Below are positions 52,730 to 61,609 of a stretch of DNA of 64,000 nucleotides, piece after piece; within the stretch, counting starts at the first letter, position 1, and every line of letters begins with the position of its first letter. The notes below the pieces were generated by a model that ran no database searches, was not told where the DNA came from, and saw only the letters and a list, made by a program, of their open reading frames with translations. The stretch comes from Diplonema japonicum (Eukaryota; Protista; Euglenozoa: Diplonemea): contig OZ025669.1 in NCBI GenBank assembly GCA_964019335.1, positions 434,001-498,000 of the forward strand. The letters run 5' to 3'. Made by a program: the position numbers and the translations under genes.

Positions 52730-54532
52730 GTTAAGTGTGCAGCGTGGTGGTGGGTCTATCTTGTGTTGTTTCCCTTCTGCGTCGCTGCATTCTTATCGGC
52801 AGATGGGGTGGGAATTCTTCGGGTTGGTTCGAGGTAGGTCGGCACGAATTTCCAGTCGTCTCTCCCCGGTGAGCCGGTTGCGAGTCGCTGTTCGAGGATG
52901 AAGCGCACCTTGTCGTATGATGCGAAAGTGGGTCTGCAGGTATACCCTCGGATCCGTTTGTTTGCACCAATGGATCGGAGGGAGGATGTCAAGAAGGGTT
53001 TCCCGGGGATAGGAGGGGATCGTGCTTTCTTTTCGGCCACCTCTGACAGTTTTGTCAAGACTCTAGCTAGCCGGTTTGCACGCTTGCATACGTCAGCTGT
53101 TTTTTCCATGATTAGCTGTTTGGTCGTGGCCTCAAAGTCGAGTGCGAGCTCTATCCTTGAGACTGAACCATGTGGGCTCCACTGCAGCATGTGAAGCCAT
53201 TTGAGCACTTCTGGGACAATCGTATCCCCATGGAAGTGTTTTAATCCGTTGCATTTGTACCAGTCCAGGCTTGGCACCGAGCACACCTTTCCCACCAGTG
53301 GTCTGTTCCAGGGAAACCTTTCCACTGCGGTCTTCTTCGATTCTTGCTTTGCGCTCACCCTCCTGATTATCACGAGCAGCATTTGCTGAATTATCTCCGA
53401 CTTTTCCGTCTTACATTCCAGAGGGATGATGCCGTGTAGTGCAAGGCAGCGAGTGATCCCCTCTTGCCTGTATGCATGCATTGCAGGGGCGAATTCAGGT
53501 GCAACGCGTACCTCTTCGTGTGCCTTGCATTTCCAGAACGTGTGTATGGTGTATTCGTCTTGCGTGGTGAAAATTGCCTCACACCCCATACACTGTACCT
53601 CTGGCTCGACGATCGGGTAGCTGCGGAACATGGCTTGGCTGGCTCCAGAAGACGTAGGAATGTTCCTATGGGACCAGCTGATCTCATATTCTTCTTGTAC
53701 TTCTTCCGGATTTCTCTTGCACGCTTCCTTAGTCTCCGATCTTCAGCTAGCCTCAGGATGGTGCCCGCCGTCCTGTAGGCCAAGGCAGCAAGAGGGTCGT
53801 GTGTATGGCCAGGTAGTGCAATGTTCAGGAGCGCACCCGATGAGCGTGTGGTGTTGTACGGACCCCACAGACAATCTGTTACAGCGATCCTAAGGGCGTC
53901 GATCTTCGCGTTTGACGGTGGGGCATGTGGCGCACCGTATAAGGCAGCGGGTAGTATGGACTGGCCTACGATGAGGGCTTTCCTTGCAAATGGGAGCTGT
54001 AGTGCGGCCGTCTCAATTGCCTTCTCCACCCTCTTGTTGCAGCCCTACCTTTCCTCTCCATCGACAGAGTGACTCCAAGGATCTTCACCTTCTTCCTCGC
54101 AGCAAATGTAAAGCCACCCTGTTGCAGTGTGGCGGCAGACAACGGGCATCCCTGGAGGATTCCATTGCCCACGTGCAGCACCTCTCCTACCCCAAGCGGT
54201 AGTTTCAGACGGCGTTGGAGGTTCTCATACACGTATCGCATCGGACGGGTGATGGATACACTCAGACCGAGGTCTTCTACTAATGAAAGAGCAATCTCCT
54301 GCGGAACTCGATCAAAGCATTTTTGGAAGTCCAATGCTAAGCCATACAGTGGCCTCCACTGAGAAGTGCATCCTCTACCATTGTCGATATGTCCATGAGG
54401 ACATGGTCAGCTCCATGTTTGGGTCTGAATCCGTGCATGGTGGGCTCGATCCATTTCTCTTGCCATTCGAGAACATGCTTGAGTCGGACCCACAGGCGGT
54501 AAATTACACTGGTGACGGTGATCGGTTGATGG
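52730..54532 (-). mobile_element. Degenerate 5'-truncated non-LTR retrotransposon (LINE)
   Basis: Frameshifted RT pieces PITVTSVIYRLW, HGFRP, DFQKCFDRV, GILQGCPLS and KILGV, with no YxDD. C-terminal CxxC...HxxxxC zinc motif. Confidence 0.88.
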
Positions 54533-54689
54533 TAGAAAAAAAAAACATCGAAACTTTTAATAAAGCTTTTTTTTTTTCCCCTCCCCGCCAAAAAAAAAAA
54601 AATTGTGAGTGACGGCGGGGGGGTATTGAGAAGTTTTTTTTTTTTCTTTTTTTCACACACTTTTTTTATTATTTTATTTTTTATTTTCT

Positions 54690-55741
54690 TTACTCAGTTT
54701 TTTTCTTCCCACCAGAGGTGTACCTTTCCACATGGAACAACTCGGCTACGATGATGTTGTAGGCAGCTTGAACATATGACAGCCCCTCATCATCATCACC
54801 CTTTTTGTCCTCATCCTTGGTGTCGTCCTTGTCATCGGTCTTGGGTTCCTTGATCTCTTCAGAGTAACGAAACATGTTAAATGTGTCAAATGTTATGATT
54901 GACACAAACAGCGTACCGAATGTGATCCATGGGACGAGGTAGAGCAGTGCGGGTTGGGCGTGCTTGAACACCATCATGACGAAGATTGTGTTGACAAGCC
55001 CCAAGGTGTAGGTAATCAACGAAGTCCAGAAATAAATTCGGGTAGGGCCGTTGGAACCTGCTCTGCTGTAGTCGTACCTGAGGCACATGGCGATGAAGAA
55101 TCCAGGGATAACGATGTCGCCAAGGCCAAGCATCATCATTTCATTGGGTTTGTACTCATCGGCAGCAAGATTTTTAGGCATTTTCAGAAGAACGGGAGCT
55201 TCAATATTCTTGGCAACACTAACCATGACTTCTGTTCCAAAGACCCACCAGATGTCATATAAGAACAATCCCCACAGTAGAATCCACGATGTTGCGAAGC
55301 TTGGCAGCTTTATCTTCCACAGAGATGTGATGCAAATACAGAATGCGATTGAGTTGTTGAAGGCGAAGTGTCCTGTGAACCACCATCCCACACCTAGGCC
55401 AACAGCGGTCAACCCAGAGAGAATCCCTTGCTTGGTAATGCTGTAGATAGTTGGGGAGACTGCGTACATCGAAACCACTACGAAGTACAGCGAGAGGATA
55501 GTGTTGAACAGTTCACGTGGGATGAGCTTATAGCACATGTATAGAGAAAGGAGGACCATCGACCCTGCAATGGGGAACATCGCAGCTTCCTTGGAACTTA
55601 CATGCACTTCATCGTCGTCGTCCTCGTCCTCTTCCTGTTGCTTTTTCGATATTTTTTCGCCCGCCTTCAGTCGTAGCGTGCTCCCTACTGACCATGAGGA
55701 TCCGATTATGATGGTTGTGATGGCGATACCGACGATGACGG

Positions 55742-55834
<93 letters not shown>

Positions 55835-55975
55835 TTTTTTTTTTTTGGAAGACAAGAATACCTCTGAAATCATTTCTGGTTTTTTCATCACCTCTTCAAG
55901 GTCTTCCCTTGTCAGGTTTTGCATCAACCTGACGGCCTCCTCGGTGGCGTTTTGAACCTTGTCCATCCATGACAT
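54690..55975 (-). CDS. HM13: Signal peptide peptidase (peptidase A22B) (2 exons)
   Basis: GLFLYDIWWVF (YD), MLGLGDIVIPG (GxGD), HAQPALLYLVP (PAL), C-terminal KKKTE ER-retention-like motif. Intron 55743-55861 (119 nt). Confidence 0.93.
55744..55818. repeat. (TG)n microsatellite inside the SPP intron
   Basis: Uninterrupted TG run adjoining the acceptor AG on the minus strand. Confidence 0.95.
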
Positions 55976-56320
55976 CCGCAAACTTTCCCTCCATGTTCAT
56001 TTTTTTTCCCCCCCTTTTTTTTTCCCTTCTCTCTTTTCCTCCCTCCCTCCCTTGTTCTTTCTTTCGGTTGAGATGTGGGTACAGAACAGGGGAAAAAAAA
56101 AACGTGGGAAAGGTAAAACGTGCTTTTTTTGTTCGTTCTTGTGTTAATTAACATCTTTTCCGTCTCCCCTCCGGACTAATATCTGGCGGCCTTGAGCCCA
56201 TTATCCCCATTCTTTTTTTTTTTTTGGTTTACACTTTTCTTTGCACCGTCTTTGAAGGGAGGGTGAGTGGTTTAAACCTGCGCCCCCCACAAAAAAAAAA
56301 GTTTAGAACACCCATCGGCC

Positions 56321-57560
56321 TCACTGTACCTCCCCAACGTTTGCGATAATTGTCTTCACCATGTCCTTCGCAGCGATAAGGGAAGGAACGGGGAGGAACT
56401 CCGTGTTGCTGTGGAAGTTGTGGGCTCCGGTGAAAAGTTCGCCATGGGGATGCCAAGCGAAGCCAGCGCACACCCGTCGTACCCGCCCCTCATGATGATG
56501 GTTTCGGCACGATGCTCAGCTTTTCCATGGAGGAGAGCAGGAGCTTTGTAACATGCGGGTGTTTCCCCAAAATATCAGATGTATCTCGGTATGTGTCAGA
56601 AATAACAATACTGGCTCGACCCGTCTTGGCGAGAGGGTACTTCTCATTGATGGTCTCGACACATTTTTCAAGGAGGTTTTTTCGGGCCAGCATTACATCG
56701 TTGTCGAAATACCTAAGAAGGACGTCGAGGTCCAGGATATTGCCGTTCCCCTTCACGTTCTTCATGAACAAAAAACCTTGTTCCCCCTCGGTGTCCTCAG
56801 GCCTCTCTCCCTCCGGGATCTTACAGATAATTTCATCAGAGAGGATGGTGATGGGGTTCACGAGACTACCCTTACAAGACATAGGATGAGCAGGGGTCCC
56901 GTGAATGGTGATTTTGGCAGATGCTGCAGACCATGTTTTTGTAACGTATTCGCCAACAGCGCAACAATCTAGGCAGTACCCGAATGAGGGGTTGAATATA
57001 TCTTTTGAGATTGTTTTTGCGCCGAGGAGGCCGATTTCCTCGTCTGGTAAGAACGCCAGGTCGATGGGGCCGTGGGGGGTTTTTTCCTCAATAATCTCCT
57101 CGACAGCGGTGACAACAGCAGATATCGCTGCTTTGTCGTCGCCACCTAACAAAGATGTCCCATCTGTCACGATGATCTCCTGGTTTCTGTAATCTCCGAG
57201 TTCCGAGGATGGAATTGTTGTTTTGTTGTCTTTTAGCAGTATGTCTCCTTTCACGTATTCAATGATTTCCGCCTTTGTGTCTAAATCATATTCTGGGGAG
57301 GTGTCCAAGTGGGGCGTGAACCCAACGCACGGCCACTTTTCGCAGCCTTCGGTGGCATTGAGCTTCGCGTAGAGGATCCCTTGTTTCAGATGTATGCTGT
57401 GTGCTCCTGGTATTGCAGACAGTTCTTTTTTAATCAGTTCTGCGAGCTCCAGCTGGCCTTTCGATGTTGGCAGGTTGGCCAGGTCAATGTTGTTGGGATT
57501 GCTCGTTGTGTTCACTTTTGTGTACTCCAGGAAACGTGTGGTCACCTTGTGCCCGGACAT
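56321..57560 (-). CDS. pepT: Peptidase T (M20B tripeptidase), with two apparent 1-nt frameshifts near the 3' end
   Basis: HLDTS, IVTDGTSLLGGDDKA, PDEEIG. The C-terminal motifs MRGGYDG and TGAHNFHS are in other frames and need +1 nt at about 56502 and about 56435. Confidence 0.88.
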
Positions 57561-58613
57561 TTTTTTTTTTTGTTTCTTTTTTTTCCCCCCTTTTTTTTTG
57601 CTTCATCAGTTCGGTATTTGAAAAAAAAAAAAAAAAAAAAAAAAGAGGGAAGAAAAAAAAGAATAGGTGAGCATGGGAAAGGAAATATGTGAAGGGTTGG
57701 GGGGTGGGTGGGAAAAAGTTCTTACCAAACGGACAAGAAGGTGGGGGGAGGGGGTGGAGAAAAGGGGAAATAATATAAAATATATCATTATCGGCGGTAA
57801 TCTTTTTTTTAAAAAAAAAGTAAAAAGAATGGGCGCAAAACCAAATTTCTTTCTGTTTTTTTTTCTTTCCCTCCCCTTTCCCGTTCACCTACTTTGTCTC
57901 TTATGTCTCTCCATGATACCGAAACTGAAAATGTTTTTTTTTAATCTACACTGTTTTCTTTTTTTTTTTTGTCGTTTTTTTCCCCTTCCTTTCATTCTTC
58001 TTTTCTTCAATGCCGAAAGGGAACTCTGAATGGGAGAGGGAAACATAGATGGCTTTTAATTTTTTTACCCCCCCCTTCTTCTTTTTCTTTTTAAGAGGGG
58101 AACGGAGATTCATGTTGTTGCTTTGTTATTTATTTCCCTTGTTTTTTTTTTTTTTTCTTTTTTTAAAATTTATATGTATTTTACATCAGCACCTGTAAAC
58201 CCAGGCCAGGACGGGGAGGGGGGGAATTTTTTAGTTGCTCTTCTCCTTGTGTTTTTTTTTTAAACCACTCCATGTTGCCCTCAATAAAAAAGAGAAATAA
58301 ATAAATAAAAGGCAAGGGGGGAAAGAGAAAAGAAGCAGGAAATAAGGGGAAAAAAAAGAAGGGAGAAGGGAAAGGGAAGAAGAACTACAGGGGCCATTCA
58401 CCCTTAAAGGGTTGCAATGATAAAAAAATAAGAAAATCACTAAAAAGAAGAAAGTACCCCCCCCCCCCCTCCCCTTTCCTCTGTTTCATTTTGCCACCCC
58501 TTAGGCAGAGATACTCAGAAAGGCCTACAAATGCCGCGCCAGAAAAAAAGGACGAGGACAGCACCCAAATCATGATAATTCGCTTTTGTGTCAAAAAGGA
58601 GAAAAAAAAACAC

Positions 58614-58649
<36 letters not shown>

Positions 58650-58679
58650 CAAAAGCACTCACACACCAGGGCGCAAGGG

Positions 58680-58710
<31 letters not shown>

Positions 58711-58859
58711 AAAAGAAAAAAAAAAAACTTGGCATCCGATAAAAAAAAAGGTAAAGAGATAAAAAAAAAGGGGGGGGAGCAGAGAGAGGGGCAAAGTTTA
58801 CCCCCCCCTTTTTTTGTTGTTGTCGTCATCGAAAAAAAAGAAGGGGGTGAAAAAAAAAT

Positions 58860-59942
58860 CTAAAGGAAATAGTCAGGCGTGGGTTTTTTCGCTGGTACAC
58901 CTCTTGCTTCTTGTGGCGCGGCTTCGAAAATTTTGTAATTTCTCTGTTTTTTTTTTTTTTTTTTTTTTTTTTCTCAACCACACCTGTAGATGTTCATCCA
59001 GCTCAAGAATCGACGCCACGTTCCCGCACCTATAACAATAGTTAGGCGCGGACCACACTGTGACTAGTGTGTCACCAAACATGGACTTGTAACCTTCCAT
59101 GACCAGTTGATGAGACCTCGTGATCAGCTCGATTTTGTTGCAGCTGTTGAACTGCTGGACGACATCACCCCCAAAAAGGTACCCAGCACCTCTAGGCGAC
59201 AGACCCCAACCATCAATATCCTCCGGGTCGGACCAAAGAAGGTCACACATTGCCCCGTCGTGAGGCACCTCTTGCTTTCTATCGATAGTGCGAATCTGGT
59301 CCAAACTGTTAATGCTTGGCGACAGCCCACCGTGAACCGTAAGAACCTTCTGCTCTACCAGAGCAGACAAAGCTAGATAGTCGAAAACATCGGTGCAATA
59401 TCTCCACACGTTGACGCTGCCATACTTCCTAAGGCACTCGTCGTAGAACCCGTAGACTTGAGTGATTTGCCGGGATTCGTGGTTTCCTCTAATAAGCTGC
59501 ACTCTGTCAGGGTACCTTGCCTTCAGAGCCAGCAGCAGCAGGAAGGTTTCAACTGAATAGAAGCCACGGTCCACAAAATCACCCATAAATAGATAGTTTG
59601 TGTCCGGGACATCACCTCCCACCTTTAGCAGTTCTTTAAGATCGTAAAACTGTGTGGGAAAAAAAAAAAAGATTTTTTTTTTTTTTTTTAAATACCTGTC
59701 CATGGATGTCGCCCACAATTGTGATGGGTGCGTAGACCACTTGGACGTTCGGTTCGTCTACTAGAATTTCCCTTGCTTTTTGGCATAGGGCTTTTACTTC
59801 CGCTTCCTTGTGGGGGGTTTTTTGTTTTTTGTTTTTTGGTTTTTGGTTTTTTTTTTTTTTTTTTTTTTTTTGGTTTTACCTTAATAATTTCGCAGTTTTT
59901 CAACTTTTCGATATGCCTGTCAAGATCGCTGTGCGATGCCAT
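58860..59942 (-). CDS. PPP4C: Protein phosphatase 4 catalytic subunit (4 exons)
   Basis: [29 protein letters not shown], and C-terminus [22 protein letters not shown]. Introns 59807-59879, 59650-59695 and 58944-58983. Confidence 0.95.
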
Positions 59943-60108
59943 TGTTAATTTTTTTGTCGGCTTTTTTTTTTTTTTTTTTTTTGCTTTTTTTTTTTTTTTG
60001 CCTTAAGGCAGTGTCCCCCACCACCCCTGTGTTTATTTTATTACTATTATTATTTTTTTTTTATTGTGTTATATAAAAATATTTTAAAAAAAAAAATAAG
60101 TGAAAAGG

Positions 60109-60152
<44 letters not shown>

Positions 60153-60209
60153 ATTATTCAAAACAAGGGGTGGGGAGAAAAAAAAAAAGAAACAAAAAGA
60201 GGTCCGACT

Positions 60210-60614
60210 TTATAAAAAGTTGATGCGCTGCTTTTTAAATTCTTCTCGTATCTGATAGCTTTTCCATGCTGCCTGGATGGTTTCAGCCGCAGAGGTCTGC
60301 CATATAACGGCGTGCCTGTCATGGCGCTGGGCAAGTAGTTTTTTAACATTCTGGCGGGACTGGTGTCTTCTAACCCAACGCTGTATTTTAAGAGTTGGGC
60401 CCAGCTGTGTCCATTGCAGTCGCCGTAGTTCGTCGCTAGTAGCACAACAGGGAGCAGCCTTACCCCCTCTGGTCTGTCCCCCGCCTGCTGTGCTGATATC
60501 TTCATACACCTTACTTAGTTTTTTAAGCTCAACTTTGTTCCTTCTAAGATCTCGAAAGGAGCACCTACTTGGCTGCTGGCCCAGCATCGGTACTGAAGCT
60601 GCTTCAGTTTGCAT
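60210..60614 (-). CDS. Small IQ-motif protein
   Basis: TLKIQRWVRR and AAETIQAAWKSY. ATG follows an A-run. Confidence 0.72.
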   Translation of the reverse strand: MQTEAASVPMLGQQPSRCSFRDLRRNKVELKKLSKVYEDISTAGGGQTRGGKAAPCCATSDELRRLQWTQLGPTLKIQRWVRRHQSRQNVKKLLAQRHDRHAVIWQTSAAETIQAAWKSYQIREEFKKQRINFL

Positions 60615-61609
60615 TTTTTTATCACCTTTTTTTTTTTGTTTTTTTTAAATCAAAGAGGGACAAGAAAGAAGGGGGGGGAAAAGACACACCAAGTAATGAA
60701 TAGGGGGGGGAAAAAATTGATAAATCCACCCCCCCGCCCCCCCCCCCCTCCCTTCCTCTCGTAGCTATAAAACAGAAGAAAAAAAAAATTAAGATGGTTG
60801 ACAAAAAAAAAAAGAAAGAAAATTGAGAAAATGAACAAAAAAAATGATTTGGGGTTTTTTTCCCCCCCCCTTTTTCTTTTTTCAAAAATATCGATAACTG
60901 AGTGGAAAAAAAAAAAAGAAAATAAAAGAAACGAAGAAACAACGGCGTTGCCTTCGAAAAAGATTTTTTTTTTTTCATATCCAAAACCTGAAATGCCCCT
61001 ACGGGGCACCGTGGGGGAGAGGGGGGGAGGGGGGCACGGAAGATATTTAAGGTTTACAACCTCCAGCCGTGAACGGTGCCTTATCCTACCCACTGGCCTC
61101 TGAGAAAAAGGGAAAAGCGCGAGATAAAATTAAACAAAACCAGAAAAAAATCTGGATCTTGTCGGAAAAAACCCTATTGGTCTCGAATGCGCTGCATGTA
61201 TACACCACCGTGCATGTAAACCAGGACAAACGTCCTTGTACAGGCTCCATGGTGGCTCCTCCAAAACGGTTGTAAGAAGAGGAAGTACAAGCTGTCACTA
61301 CTCTTTTTAGTAAAGACAATAGCACAAAAGATAAAAGGGAGGGAGGGAAAAAAAAAAAACATTCTGGTACTTTCCTTTTTTTTTTTCTTTTTTTTTTTTT
61401 GCGCACCAGCCGGTTTAGCGTGGAGGGGAGGGGGGGAAGAAAATACACAACAATGAAATTTTGTGTTTTTTTTTTTTCCCCCTCCCTTATTTTTTTTTTT
61501 TCTTCTTATCAGAGTTTTTACCCGCGATAAAGATGTTGATGGAAGGAAGGGGGGAAAAAAAATTATATTTGGACTCAGCCAAAAAAAAAAAAAAAAAAAA
61601 AAAGTGATT

